DNA from: Candidatus Multivoradales bacterium
GTDB taxonomy: Bacteria > Acidobacteriota > Thermoanaerobaculia > Multivoradales > Multivoraceae
Assembly (NCBI GenBank): GCA_965223325.1
Contig: CBDCWI010000002.1
Span: forward strand, 3,680,001-3,744,000
DNA length: 64,000 nt
Direction: 5' to 3'
Each line of letters starts with the position of its first letter. The stretch's first letter is position 1. This document shows positions 1-10,074 of this stretch, piece by piece. A model generated the notes under the pieces. That model was given only the letters and a program-made list of their open reading frames with translations. It searched no databases and was not told the DNA's origin. The position numbers were made by a program, and so were the translations under genes.

Positions 1-537
1 GGAACCGAACCCACGGCTTCTTTCCTCCTGCGTCTTCGTGCGCTCGCCGTCTGGTGTCCAGAGCTCGAGCTTCCCGACCCCGAGATCCTGCTCGCCGACG
101 CCCTGCCAGCGATGTGCAGAGGCAAGAGGAGTCTGGCGGAGCTCGCTCGCGTGCCGCTTCTCGACACCATCCGCGGCCTGATCCCCTACCCGCTGCTCGC
201 CGAGATCGACCGCCTGGCGCCGCTCGAGCTCGAGCTCAGCAACGGGTTGCGCGCGCGCCTCGAGTACCGCGCCGCAGGCGAGCCTCCGGTTCTGGCGCAG
301 AAGATCCAGCGCTTGTTCGGGGTTGCTCGAACGCCGACCGTTGCCGACGGCCGTGTGCCGGTGCTCGTTCACCTGCTGGCGCCCAATGGGCGGCCGCAGC
401 AGATCACCAGTGATCTCGAGAACTTCTGGCGCACCACCTACCGAGACGTGAAGAAGGATCTCGCTGGTCGCTATCCCAAGCACGCCTGGCCAGACGATCC
501 GACGACCGCTGTTCCGCCCCAACGACGCCGGCGTTAG
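1..537 (+). CDS. hrpB: ATP-dependent helicase HrpB, C-terminal part (5' end outside window)
   Basis: Frame open from base 1. HrpB C-terminal motifs VLAQKIQRLFG, HLLAPNGRPQQITSDLENFW, DLAGRYPKHAWPDDP. Confidence 0.9.
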   Translation, partial: GTEPTASFLLRLRALAVWCPELELPDPEILLADALPAMCRGKRSLAELARVPLLDTIRGLIPYPLLAEIDRLAPLELELSNGLRARLEYRAAGEPPVLAQKIQRLFGVARTPTVADGRVPVLVHLLAPNGRPQQITSDLENFWRTTYRDVKKDLAGRYPKHAWPDDPTTAVPPQRRRR

Positions 538-550
538 CGCGCCCTTTTGA

Positions 551-590
551 AACGAAGAAACCCGGGCCGGCGGTAAACCGCAGACCCGGG
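551..590 (-). terminator. Intrinsic terminator between convergent hrpB and NHLP genes
   Basis: CCCGGG..GCGGT-AA-ACCGC..CCCGGG hairpin (561-590), followed on the minus strand by TTTCTTCGTTTC. Confidence 0.65.
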
Positions 591-646
591 CCTCTCCTGG
601 AGTTGCGCAACGGTGGTGAGTCACGCGGCTCGTCTTCGAACTGTCC

Positions 647-979
647 TCAGACCAGCGACATCTCGAAGTTGTTGACGGTGTTGAGCGCGCCGTCGGAGTC
701 CTGGCAGTTGGCTTCCTTGATGATGGAGTGACCGCCGGCGACCGCTTCGAGGTCGGCGTCGGAGAGCTCATCACCCTGCTCGACGACGTGCGGTAGCACG
801 ACGTAGGCGGTGTCAGCCGACTCTTCGACGACCTTGATGTTCACGCTGCCCGGAACGTCGATTCCGAACTGGCGCTGGATGACCTCGCGCGGGTCAGCCT
901 TCAGGCTCTCGCGGTAGGTGTTGCTCTCGGCTGCGAACTTGGCCAACAGGTCCTGCATCTCGCCTCGGGTAAGTTCCAT
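647..979 (-). CDS. NHLP-leader (nitrile hydratase-like leader) RiPP precursor peptide, 110 aa
   Basis: Start re-called at ATG 979 with AAGGAGA RBS. Leader YRESLKADPREVI..IKVVEESADTAYVVLP..ELSDADLEAVAGG ends in a double-Gly cleavage site. Core is 27 aa, HSIIKEANCQDSDGALNTVNNFEMSLV. Confidence 0.85.
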   Translation of the reverse strand: MELTRGEMQDLLAKFAAESNTYRESLKADPREVIQRQFGIDVPGSVNIKVVEESADTAYVVLPHVVEQGDELSDADLEAVAGGHSIIKEANCQDSDGALNTVNNFEMSLV

Positions 980-1070
980 TTCGTTTCTCCTTGCTGTGGG
1001 GTGTTTGCGGGTTTGATAGTGAGTCGTGAGCTGTAACGTTCGCGCCTCGTTTCGTGATGCGAGGGGTAAC

Positions 1071-1087
1071 TGCAGGCGCTGTGCCAG
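1071..1087 (-). promoter_or_regulatory. Putative sigma54 (-24/-12) promoter of the NHLP precursor
   Basis: Minus strand CTGGCACAGCGCCTGCA: TGGCAC with exact GG-N10-GC spacing, about 90 nt upstream of the ATG. Confidence 0.6.
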
Positions 1088-1288
1088 GACGCTCCAAGAG
1101 CGCTCGCCTTCTTGACGCGGCCCGTCATGGCCAATGAAACCAAGGCTTTGACGGTACCCCTGGCGCGATTCGGCGCGATGAACTGTGACCGCCGCGCGAC
1201 GGTTGAAGAGCAAGGACCGGTTCCTGGTGGAGCTCTCGCTCCAGTCAATAGAGCCCCGGTTCGCCGGGCTCCGTAGCCCAATAACGGT

Positions 1289-2035
1289 CTAGGGCGCCAG
1301 CCTGTCGAGATGGATGCGCGCGACGTCACCCATGTAGTGCGGAAAGTCGATCGCGGTGGCCTTCTCGAGATGGATCAGCGCTTTATCTTTCTGCCCCAGC
1401 ATGTCGGCGTAGAGACCGAGGTAGAGGTGGGCGTAGAAAAGAGGCTGGGTCTCCCCCGAGGCTTCGGCGGCAGCCAGCACCTCTCCGGGCTTCCCGTGGC
1501 CCGCGAAAAGCTCGTAGATTGCAGTCATCGGCACCCGCGAGTCCGGGCCGACCGGCAGGATCTCGGCCTGGGCGGTCTTGATCCCGTCGAGCTTGGCGCG
1601 ACATAAGAGATGCCACACCGCGTTCTCTGTGTCGTTCGGATTGACCTCACGATGGCGGTCGAACTGACCGACGCAGTCCTTGTTTCGCCCCAGGTAGTAG
1701 TAGGCAATGCCGCGCTGCCACAGCTGGGGCTCAGTCTTCGGAGCCAGGGTTGCGACGCGGTCGAAGTCTTCGATCGCGGCGAGTATCTGGCCTCGCTTGA
1801 AGAGCACGCTGCCCCGCAACAGCCAGGCCGAAGGCTCGCGCGGCGCAAGGTCGACCAGCTGCTCGTAGGTTTCATAGGCGGCGTCGAGGTTGCCAGCCAG
1901 CTCGTGTTGCTGCCCTTCGCTGATCAGGCGCCGGATCTCGTTGGGGTCAGCGCGCTGCGCGCCGCACAAAGCGGCCAGAACAAACGCGGTTGAGAAAAGG
2001 GCCAGCGCTTTCCATGCCGTTACTCGGTTCCTCAT
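1289..2035 (-). CDS. Exported TPR-repeat protein (NlpI-like)
   Basis: Signal peptide, TPR helices, LWQRGIAYYY, NPNDTENAVWH, FYAHLYLGLY. Confidence 0.75.
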   Translation of the reverse strand: MRNRVTAWKALALFSTAFVLAALCGAQRADPNEIRRLISEGQQHELAGNLDAAYETYEQLVDLAPREPSAWLLRGSVLFKRGQILAAIEDFDRVATLAPKTEPQLWQRGIAYYYLGRNKDCVGQFDRHREVNPNDTENAVWHLLCRAKLDGIKTAQAEILPVGPDSRVPMTAIYELFAGHGKPGEVLAAAEASGETQPLFYAHLYLGLYADMLGQKDKALIHLEKATAIDFPHYMGDVARIHLDRLAP

Positions 2036-2116
2036 CAGATGACGCTATCGCAGCTTCCGGTCTCCGACTCCCAGGCGCTGGCTGAGACGTGCCGACGGCC
2101 AATAGACTCGACGCTT

Positions 2117-5100
2117 ATGTTCGAGACAGCGATCTGGCGAGACAGCTCAGCGCGCATGCGCGCAAGCGCCCCTTATCGGCGGCTCAAGGAGGCCATCGAG
2201 AGTGGCGATCCTCTGGTCCAGCTTGAACGTACGCCGCTCCCGGTCGCAGCCTGGTGTCTCGAGCTCCTTCGCCAGGATCTCGGCCGGCCCGTCCTGGCGT
2301 TGGTTCCGCGTGAATCCGATGCGGTTGCCTGGGTCGAGGCGGCCCGTCTGCTCGGCGCTCCGGGTGATCCAGAGGCCGTCACCGACTTCCCTTCACCGTC
2401 CTTGACTCCGTACCAGGAAGCGCGTGCCGCCTTGATGGTGCGGGCCGGCGAAGCGCGGGCGCTCGACGCATTGTTTGCCGCCCAGTCGCCCGGGGTGGTG
2501 TGTACGCCGCGCGCCCTCTTTCAACGTTTGCCGGTGAGACGCGATTTCACCGACCGGATCGTGACCTTGTCGACCGGTGACGAGATCGCCGTCGAAACGC
2601 TGGTAGCCAAGCTCGAGGATGCCGGCTACCTACGCGCCGACCTGGTCGCCGAGGTCGGCATGTACGCGGTTCGCGGTGGCGTACTCGACTTGTGGCCACC
2701 TGCCCGGGATCGCCCAGTGCGGCTTGATTTCTTCGGTGACGAGATCGAGTCGGTACGAGCCTTCGATCCCGCCACTCAACGCTCCGACGCCATGTCTGGA
2801 GAAGGGTCGGCCTCAGCGCCAGCCGATGGAGCACAGACGGTCAGAATCCGACCGCTGGGTCTCTTTGCGGTCGGTGAAGCAGAGGCAATGGATCTCGCCG
2901 AGGTCCTCGAGGACGAGGCCCCGGTCGATTTCGTTGGCGCCGCCCGTGAGCGACTGGACCTCTTGGCGCGTGGCGGTCACTTTCCGGGGTGGGAGAACTG
3001 GTTGCCACTGGTTCACGACACGATTTCGCTTCACCAGGCGCTCGAGGACCCTCTGATCGCTCTTTTTGAACCTTCGATTTTGGCCGGCGAGGTGCGTCAT
3101 CACGGTGCTTTGCTCGAGCAGGAATACGAAGCGCGACTCGAGCAGGGCCTGCTTGTTGTGCCACCCGAGGAACTGGCCACTCCGGTCGACGAGGTCGACG
3201 AGACCTTTTCTCTAGCTACGCTCCAGGTCGGCGATGTCGTGGTTGGCGGCGACACCGGCGCCGAGGTGTCGATTGATTTTGAGGCCACAGCCACCGAAAA
3301 CCTGCAAAGGCACCTGCAGCGCTTTCCACGAGAAGTGGAGACGGCGCGCGATCGCGGCGATCGTTTGCTTCTGGTGGCGCCGCCAGAGAACCACAACCGG
3401 CTTTCTGAGTGGCTAGAGCGTGGCCCGGGGGAAGAAGATCTGACGCCCTGGGTTGGTCTTGCCTCAGGTGAGTTGGCTTCAGGCTTCAGGCTGCCAGCGC
3501 TCGAGCTGGTGTTGTTTGGAGAAGAACAGCTCTTTCCGCGACGCAGCGCTCGGGGCAAGAGCGGGCCGAAACGCTTCGGTCCCTTCCTCGCCGACTTGCG
3601 CGACCTGAAGGTCGGCGACTTCGTCGTTCATGAAGACCATGGGATCGGTCAGTTCCTGGGCATTCGGTCGCTGGGAGCGGCAGCAGAACCCGCTCTTGGC
3701 ACTTCTGACCTGCCGCCGGCGATCGCCGGCCTCGAAGAGATCGGCGGAGGCGCAGTGGAGGTGATGGAGATCGTCTACGCTCAGGAGCGCGCCCTGCTCC
3801 TGCCGCTCGATCGTATTCACCAGATCCAGAAGTACAGCGGGCTCGACGCGCTGGTGCCCCGGCTCGACAAACTCGGTGGGTCGAGCTGGGCGAAGAAGAA
3901 GAGCCGCGTCAAGAAGGGGCTGCAGGCACTAGCAACCGACCTGCTCAAGCTCTACGCCGAGCGCGAGCTTGCCGAGGCCCCGGCTATGCCTCCGGACAGC
4001 GATTCGCAGAATCAGTTCGAAGCCTCATTCGAGCACCAGGAGACCGACGACCAGCTCGAAGCCGCGACCGCCATCAAGGCAGATCTCGAACGCGCGAAAC
4101 CGATGGACCGACTCCTGTGCGGCGACGTTGGCTTCGGTAAGACCGAAGTAGCGATGCGGGCGGCCTTCAAGGTCGTCGACGCCGGCTACCAGGTCGCGAT
4201 TCTCGCCCCAACCACCATCCTCGCCGACCAGCACCTGCAGACGTTCAAGCGTCGCTTCGCCGGCTTCCCGATCGAGGTCGAGATGATCTCGCGCTTCCGC
4301 ACCGCGGCCGAGGTGCGTGAGGTGCGTGAACGTGTCGCGGCGGGCAAAGTGCAGATCCTGATTGGTACTCACCGTCTCCTGTCGCGAGACATCGACATTC
4401 CGATGTTGGCTTTGATGATCGTCGACGAAGAGCAGCGTTTCGGCGTCGGCCAGAAGGAAAAGCTCAAGGAGCTGAAGAAGAACATCCACGTGTTGGCAAT
4501 GTCGGCGACGCCGGTTCCGAGAACACTGCAGCTCTCCCTTGCCGGAGTGCGCGATCTATCGGTCATCGAGACGCCGCCGCGCGACCGCATGGCCGTCGAG
4601 ACCCGAATCGTGCCGTTCGGGGCCGACCTGGTGAAAGAAGCAATTGAGTACGAGCTCGAGCGTGAGGGGCAGGTGTACTACGTCTACAACCGCGTCGAGA
4701 ACATCGAAGAGGTCAGCGGTTGGTTGCGCGAGCTGGTACCTGGTGTGCGCATCACGGTCGGCCACGGCCAGATGGACGAGCAGGAGCTCGCGCGCCGCAT
4801 GCACGCATTCACCCGCGGCGAACACGACGTTCTCCTGGCGACCACGATCATCGAGAACGGCATCGACATTCCCAACGTCAATACGATGTTGGTGCATCGC
4901 GCCGACCGTTTCGGGTTAGCGCAGCTCTATCAGCTCAGAGGTCGCGTGGGGCGTTCCGACCAGTTGGCCTATTGCTACATGATGGTGTCGTCAGACAAGG
5001 TGCTCACTGAAGTCGCACGCAAGCGGCTCGAGGCGATTCGTGAGTTCACCGACCTCGGTGCCGGCTTTCGGATTGCGGCACGGGACCTCGAGATTCGGGG

Positions 5101-5716
5101 TGCGGGCAATTTGTTGGGCGCCGAACAGAGTGGACACATTGCCGAACTGGGTATCGAGACCTACCTCAAGATGCTCGAGGACACCGTGCGCGAGCTGCGC
5201 GGCGAGACGATTGAAGAAGCTCCCTCGGCCACCATCGATCTACCGGTCATGACCACCATCCCCTCCGAGTACATCGCCGAAACCAACCTGCGAATGGAGA
5301 TCTATCGCCGTCTCGCCAGTTCCCACGAAGATATCGACGAGGTGCTCACCGAGTTGCGCGATCGTTTCGGGCCGCCTCCCGAGTCGGTCCTGACCCTGGT
5401 GCGCGCCGCGTCGCTCAAGCAGCTCGCCGAGGAGCTGCGCGTGCAGTCGGTTTCCTCGCGCGGTACGACGCTATCGATTCGCATGCGTCAGGACGCGCGG
5501 GTTGATCTCGATACGTTGATTCGCTTCGTCTCCGAGCACGAGAGCGCCACCTTTTCCCCTACCGGTGTTCTGACCCTCGAGGGTGTATCGCCGGGCACCA
5601 GTCTCGACGTTGCCCGACGGACGCTCGAGCACATCGCTCCGGCGACCCTTACCCCGGCCGGCGTCGCGGCAGCTGCGGTAGACAGCGCGCCGACGGAGTC
5701 GCCATGGGTGAATTGA
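2117..5716 (+). CDS. mfd: Transcription-repair coupling factor Mfd
   Basis: VRGGVLDLW, VVHEDHGIG, CGDVGFGKT, DEEQRFG, QLRGRVGRS, DLEIRGAGNLLG and TRCF C-terminus. Start either 2039 or 2117. Confidence 0.97.
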   Translation: MFETAIWRDSSARMRASAPYRRLKEAIESGDPLVQLERTPLPVAAWCLELLRQDLGRPVLALVPRESDAVAWVEAARLLGAPGDPEAVTDFPSPSLTPYQEARAALMVRAGEARALDALFAAQSPGVVCTPRALFQRLPVRRDFTDRIVTLSTGDEIAVETLVAKLEDAGYLRADLVAEVGMYAVRGGVLDLWPPARDRPVRLDFFGDEIESVRAFDPATQRSDAMSGEGSASAPADGAQTVRIRPLGLFAVGEAEAMDLAEVLEDEAPVDFVGAARERLDLLARGGHFPGWENWLPLVHDTISLHQALEDPLIALFEPSILAGEVRHHGALLEQEYEARLEQGLLVVPPEELATPVDEVDETFSLATLQVGDVVVGGDTGAEVSIDFEATATENLQRHLQRFPREVETARDRGDRLLLVAPPENHNRLSEWLERGPGEEDLTPWVGLASGELASGFRLPALELVLFGEEQLFPRRSARGKSGPKRFGPFLADLRDLKVGDFVVHEDHGIGQFLGIRSLGAAAEPALGTSDLPPAIAGLEEIGGGAVEVMEIVYAQERALLLPLDRIHQIQKYSGLDALVPRLDKLGGSSWAKKKSRVKKGLQALATDLLKLYAERELAEAPAMPPDSDSQNQFEASFEHQETDDQLEAATAIKADLERAKPMDRLLCGDVGFGKTEVAMRAAFKVVDAGYQVAILAPTTILADQHLQTFKRRFAGFPIEVEMISRFRTAAEVREVRERVAAGKVQILIGTHRLLSRDIDIPMLALMIVDEEQRFGVGQKEKLKELKKNIHVLAMSATPVPRTLQLSLAGVRDLSVIETPPRDRMAVETRIVPFGADLVKEAIEYELEREGQVYYVYNRVENIEEVSGWLRELVPGVRITVGHGQMDEQELARRMHAFTRGEHDVLLATTIIENGIDIPNVNTMLVHRADRFGLAQLYQLRGRVGRSDQLAYCYMMVSSDKVLTEVARKRLEAIREFTDLGAGFRIAARDLEIRGAGNLLGAEQSGHIAELGIETYLKMLEDTVRELRGETIEEAPSATIDLPVMTTIPSEYIAETNLRMEIYRRLASSHEDIDEVLTELRDRFGPPPESVLTLVRAASLKQLAEELRVQSVSSRGTTLSIRMRQDARVDLDTLIRFVSEHESATFSPTGVLTLEGVSPGTSLDVARRTLEHIAPATLTPAGVAAAAVDSAPTESPWVN

Positions 5717-6579
5717 TTCCGTTGCGCCGCCGCTCTGTGCTCGTACTCGTTTTGATGTCGATGGTGCTCGCGGCTGGGTGCCGTGAAGCCGCTTCGGATC
5801 CTGATCAGGTGGCGAGCGTTGGTGGAGAGCCAATTCTGTTTGCTGACCTGGCGTCGTTCTATCAACAGTCGGTCGGTGACGATTGGCAAGGTCTCGAAAG
5901 CGACGTTCTGGTTGCCCTCTTTGAGCAGTTCCTCGACGAGCGGCTACTCCATCGGCTGGCGGTCGATCGAGGCTTGATCCAGGAGGCCGACGATGGGCGC
6001 ACCGCGCTCGAAGCGTTACTCGAGTCGACGCGGCAGCAGGACGCGGTGAGCGAGGCCGAGATCTCGAAGCGCTACCGACGGCAGGCTGCACGCTTCGAGT
6101 TGCCCGAGCGCGTCGAGCTGCAGCAGATCCTGGTGGAGGACCGTGCGACGGCCGAGAGGGCGCTTTCAGAACTCGCGGCTGGAGCTGATTTCGGCGAGGT
6201 GGCGCGGCAGCTTTCGACCGATCCGAGCGCCCCATACGGGGGCTACCAGGGTGAGTTGGCGCGCGAAGATCTGCCGGTCGCGCTCGCCGAGACCATCTTT
6301 TCGCTTGCCGAAGGGGACGTCTCGGAGATTCTCGAGGCCGACTACGGTTTCCACATCTTTCTGGTTGCCCGTCGCTTGCCGGCCGAGACCCGGTCGCTGG
6401 CCGACGCTCGCGACGAGGTCAGGCGGGAGATTGAGGTCGAGCGGGCGGACATCGGCCTCGGCCAGCTGCTTATGGAGGCGCGCGAGCTATATGATGTCGA
6501 GATTCACCAGGAGCGATTGCCCTTTGCGATCGACCCCGCGCGCAGTGCCACGGCACCTTCGGGCGACAACGAGGACTGA
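5704..6579 (+). CDS. PpiC-type peptidyl-prolyl isomerase lipoprotein (PrsA/SurA-like)
   Basis: Lipobox LAAGC. Parvulin motifs ADFGEVARQLSTDPSA..GGYQG and DYGFHIF. Confidence 0.85.
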   Translation: MGELIPLRRRSVLVLVLMSMVLAAGCREAASDPDQVASVGGEPILFADLASFYQQSVGDDWQGLESDVLVALFEQFLDERLLHRLAVDRGLIQEADDGRTALEALLESTRQQDAVSEAEISKRYRRQAARFELPERVELQQILVEDRATAERALSELAAGADFGEVARQLSTDPSAPYGGYQGELAREDLPVALAETIFSLAEGDVSEILEADYGFHIFLVARRLPAETRSLADARDEVRREIEVERADIGLGQLLMEARELYDVEIHQERLPFAIDPARSATAPSGDNED

Positions 6580-6722
6580 GCGCTGTGGGACTCTTGAGGG
6601 GGCCGGAACCAGAAGCCCTGGAGACACGTTCATAAGACGGTGCGCCGAGAGCTTTGTCTCGAGGCTGGCGTTTCAGCGCTCCAGGCAGCAGCGACCCAGA
6701 ATGCCCTTGGAAGGAAGAGAAG

Positions 6723-7874
6723 ATGAATCGCATACCGAACACTCCCCGGCGGCTCTGCCCAGGCCACTGCGTGCGCTTCGCCATCCTCTGCGCTCTCCTG
6801 CTACCAGCACTCGCAACGCCAGTCGCTGGGCAGGCAGTGCTCAACGAGAATGGCATTGTGTTGCGCGTCAACGACGAGATCGCCACCCAGTGGGACTTCC
6901 AGAGCCGCCTGGCTGAGCGCCGCCGGCTCATCGAGGCCGCACCGGAGTTCGACGCCGAGGAGCGTAGCCGCCGCTCGAGCGAGGCGCCGTCGGTCGTGCT
7001 CAGCAACATCTTCGACGAACTCCTCATCACCTCCCGTGCCGATCAGTTGGGCATCGTGATCACCGATTTCGAGATCGACGAAGCGATCCGACAGATGCGC
7101 GAGCAGAACGGCATTCAAGACGACCGCACGTTCCTCCAGGCGTTGGCGCAGGAGGGGCTGACGCTCGAGCGGCTGCGCGATCAATACCGGCGCCAGCAAA
7201 TGCGCAACGGCGTGATCCAGCGCGAGATTCGCGGTCGCGTCGACCTCGACGAAGACGACCTGCGTCGTATCTATCGCGAGAACCCCGAAGAGTTCCGAAC
7301 CGCCGAGCGCGTTCAGGTACGCGAAATCGTGGTCCTGGAGGCCACCGGGACCAGGCTACTTGCCGATGAGGTCCGTCGTGAATTGGTCGGTGGCAAAAGC
7401 CTGCTGGAGGTCAAAGAGCAATTCGGCGATGAACTCTCCAACGTTCTCGAGGTCGGCTGGGTTGAGTCGGGTGATCTCGACCCCACTCTCGAGGCGGCGG
7501 CCTGGGACCTCGAAGTCAACGAGTACACCCAGCCTGTCGAGGCGCGTGGCGGCTGGCACATCGCTCAGGTGACTGGTCGCGAACTGCCCTCGGTCAAGCC
7601 TTTCGAAGACGTGCGCGACGTGCTCGAGCGGCGAGAGTTCGCGCGTCTCATGGGTGAGGCCTACACCGACTATGTTGCCGAGCTCGAGGAGCGGGCCTTC
7701 GTCGAGTGCGACCAGAGCGTGGCGGGCCAGTTCTGTGCCGACAAGCTCGCCGGGCGCCGGACACCGGGAGCCGACGGTGACTCGTTAGGCCTCGAAGACG
7801 TCGACCGCCTGTTCTCGCCCGCGAATCAGAGCGACGGGACCGCGAGCACCGGAGACGATTCTTCTGGCGATTGA
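6723..7874 (+). CDS. surA: SurA-family chaperone/PPIase
   Basis: SurA N-domain (VLRVNDEIAT..EIDEAIRQMREQNGI..FLQALAQEG) plus parvulin domain (GGWHIAQV). Start re-called at ATG 6723. Confidence 0.75.
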   Translation: MNRIPNTPRRLCPGHCVRFAILCALLLPALATPVAGQAVLNENGIVLRVNDEIATQWDFQSRLAERRRLIEAAPEFDAEERSRRSSEAPSVVLSNIFDELLITSRADQLGIVITDFEIDEAIRQMREQNGIQDDRTFLQALAQEGLTLERLRDQYRRQQMRNGVIQREIRGRVDLDEDDLRRIYRENPEEFRTAERVQVREIVVLEATGTRLLADEVRRELVGGKSLLEVKEQFGDELSNVLEVGWVESGDLDPTLEAAAWDLEVNEYTQPVEARGGWHIAQVTGRELPSVKPFEDVRDVLERREFARLMGEAYTDYVAELEERAFVECDQSVAGQFCADKLAGRRTPGADGDSLGLEDVDRLFSPANQSDGTASTGDDSSGD

Positions 7875-7887
7875 GGGCCGCGGCTGA

Positions 7888-8853
7888 ATGGGCACTTTGA
7901 TGCTCGATGGCGACCAGGTGCGCGAGCTCCTGCCGATGTCGGCTTGTATCGAGGCGCTCGATGGCGCCATGCGCGGCACCAGTGCGGGGACCTTCGAGAT
8001 CCCGCCGCGGACGTTCACCGCTCTCTCGGACCAATCGGGTTTTCTGGGCGTCATGCCGGGAACCTCGACGGACCCTCTGGTTTACGGCGTCAAGATCATC
8101 AGCCTGCACCCCAGCAATCCCGAACGCGGCCTGCCCGCTATTCAAGGTGTTGTGGTGTTGTTCGAGCACCAGACCGGAACCCCGTTGGTGATCCTCGATG
8201 GCGCCGAGCTCACCGCCATTCGCACCGCCGCCGCTAGCGGCCTGGCAACTCGTGAGTTGGCGCGGCTCGAGGCGGCGACCCTGGGCATCTTCGGCTACGG
8301 CGTCCAGGCTAGAACCCACCTCGATGCCATCGCCGCGGTGCGCGATATCGAGGAGGTTCTGGTCTGGGGGCGTGCCTTTGAGAAGGCCGAAGCGTTCGCC
8401 GCGCTCCACTCTCAGCGCACCGGTCTTAAAGTGCGCGCAGTACAGGACGCATCGGATGCCGCTCGATGCGACGTCGTGTGCACCGTCACCGGCTCTCACC
8501 AGGCAGTCCTCGAAGGTCGGTGGCTAGAACCCGGGGCGCACGTCAACCTGGTGGGCACCCACACCCCAGAGGCCCGCGAGGCCGACGCCTGTGCGATCAG
8601 GCGAAGTCGAGTCTTCGTCGATTCAGCGGAGTCAGCGGCCACCGAGGCCGGCGACATTTTGATGGCGATCGCCGAGGGCGTCGTCGACGCTGGGCACACC
8701 CAAGGTGAGATCGGCCAGGTGCTGGCAGGTGAGGTGCCCGGGCGCACCGGAGATTCCGAGATCACCCTCTACAAGTCGGTCGGCCTGGTTTCACAAGACC
8801 TCGCTGCGGCGTACTGCCTGTACCAGCGCGTCGCGAGGGCGCCCTCTGCCTGA
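7888..8853 (+). CDS. Ornithine cyclodeaminase / mu-crystallin family protein
   Basis: LTAIRTAAASGLAT, GIFGYGVQA, ITLYKSVG..QDLAAA. Confidence 0.9.
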   Translation: MGTLMLDGDQVRELLPMSACIEALDGAMRGTSAGTFEIPPRTFTALSDQSGFLGVMPGTSTDPLVYGVKIISLHPSNPERGLPAIQGVVVLFEHQTGTPLVILDGAELTAIRTAAASGLATRELARLEAATLGIFGYGVQARTHLDAIAAVRDIEEVLVWGRAFEKAEAFAALHSQRTGLKVRAVQDASDAARCDVVCTVTGSHQAVLEGRWLEPGAHVNLVGTHTPEAREADACAIRRSRVFVDSAESAATEAGDILMAIAEGVVDAGHTQGEIGQVLAGEVPGRTGDSEITLYKSVGLVSQDLAAAYCLYQRVARAPSA

Positions 8854-8883
8854 CTTTGTCAGGCAGATCGGGGAGTCCGAGAC

Positions 8884-9714
8884 TCAGTCGAGGCAGCTCC
8901 CCTCGAGGCCGATCGAGAACCGCCCGTCGGCAGAGGTCGATCCGCTGACGAACCCGCGGTCGCCATTGCGGAAGTTCCAGACAAACGAGCCGAAGGCAGG
9001 GATGTCGATCCCTGCGTTCATGATGGCGTCGGTGGTGATCGTGCTGACGGTCTTGTCTGAGCTGTAGATGAAACTGCCGAAAGAGACGCCCTGTTCGTCG
9101 TAGATATCGACATCGGCGAGCGCCGTGTTGTTTCCTGACAGGTTGTCCGGTGTGAGAATGAAGAACTCGGTGCCATTGAACACCCCGCCGGTTCCGTAGC
9201 GCGTGCTGATGCTGCCGCAGAGGTCAGAAAAGGAGGGCAGAGAGGCGCCAAAGGCGAAGTCATTGGCCAGGTCGACGAAGTACCAGTCTCCGACCAGCAC
9301 CGGGTTGTCGAGAAAACCGCCCTGGTTGTCGAGGACGTCAAAAATGACGTAGCCGATCGGCGCGCCGATATCGGGATCGTCCGGTAGCGGGACGTCGCGA
9401 ATGTTCACCGTCAGCGTGTCCTGGGCGCCGAGGGTCGTGTCATCGGTAATCGCGGTGCCGTCGGCGAGCACATAGGCGACCCCGAGGTTGATCGGGCTGT
9501 CGCTGGCGTTGCGCACTGCGAAGAGGCTGACCTCGCCGCCCGGGAAGTCGAGAAAGAGAGGCATGATCAGGCTGCTCTCGCGAACCCCGAGGCGTTCGGT
9601 ATTGGGAACCAGCTCGTCCGATGACCCAGCCCGAAGTGGTGTGACGACGAACTGGCTGAAGGTGGTGGCAGCGAGAAGCAAGGTGGCCACGAGGAGGCGA
9701 GAGAGGATCGACAT
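8884..9714 (-). CDS. Secreted hypothetical protein
   Basis: 276-aa ORF with signal peptide and beta-rich body. No family recognised with certainty. Confidence 0.7.
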   Translation of the reverse strand: MSILSRLLVATLLLAATTFSQFVVTPLRAGSSDELVPNTERLGVRESSLIMPLFLDFPGGEVSLFAVRNASDSPINLGVAYVLADGTAITDDTTLGAQDTLTVNIRDVPLPDDPDIGAPIGYVIFDVLDNQGGFLDNPVLVGDWYFVDLANDFAFGASLPSFSDLCGSISTRYGTGGVFNGTEFFILTPDNLSGNNTALADVDIYDEQGVSFGSFIYSSDKTVSTITTDAIMNAGIDIPAFGSFVWNFRNGDRGFVSGSTSADGRFSIGLEGSCLD

Positions 9715-9855
9715 GATGGGACTCCGAAGCGGTGGGATTTGGGGCCGCCGGGGGGGTGACGTGGTGCGGCCGGCGAACTCAAACGATTTTGCGCCGGCGT
9801 CTGCGCGCCGTCAAGGAGTGGTCGCCTGCCGACAGTTCGTCGCGCGCGGTGGGAA

Positions 9856-10074
9856 CTAGCTGTCGTCTTCGACGCGGAAAGCCACCTCCACCGTCGTCTG
9901 CCAACGCTCGACCGAGCCGTCTTTCGCCAGGTTGGCTCGCAGATCGACGATATGGGCCCAGGTCAGGCCGCGAACTTTCGAAGCCGAGGTGGCGACCGCT
10001 GCTTCGACGGCATCTTCGATGCTCTTGGTGGACTCTCCGACGAGTTTGGTCATCTTGTAGGTGCGTGTGGACAT
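9856..10074 (-). CDS. Dodecin family flavin-binding protein
   Basis: 72 aa: TYKMTKLVGESTKSIEDAV..VRGLTW..WQTTVEVAF. AGGAA RBS. Confidence 0.9.
   Translation of the reverse strand: MSTRTYKMTKLVGESTKSIEDAVEAAVATSASKVRGLTWAHIVDLRANLAKDGSVERWQTTVEVAFRVEDDS

Noticed and set aside
980-1213. N-terminal extension of the 188-aa ORF
   Set aside because: A strong RBS and the leader start at 979. The extension spans the promoter region.
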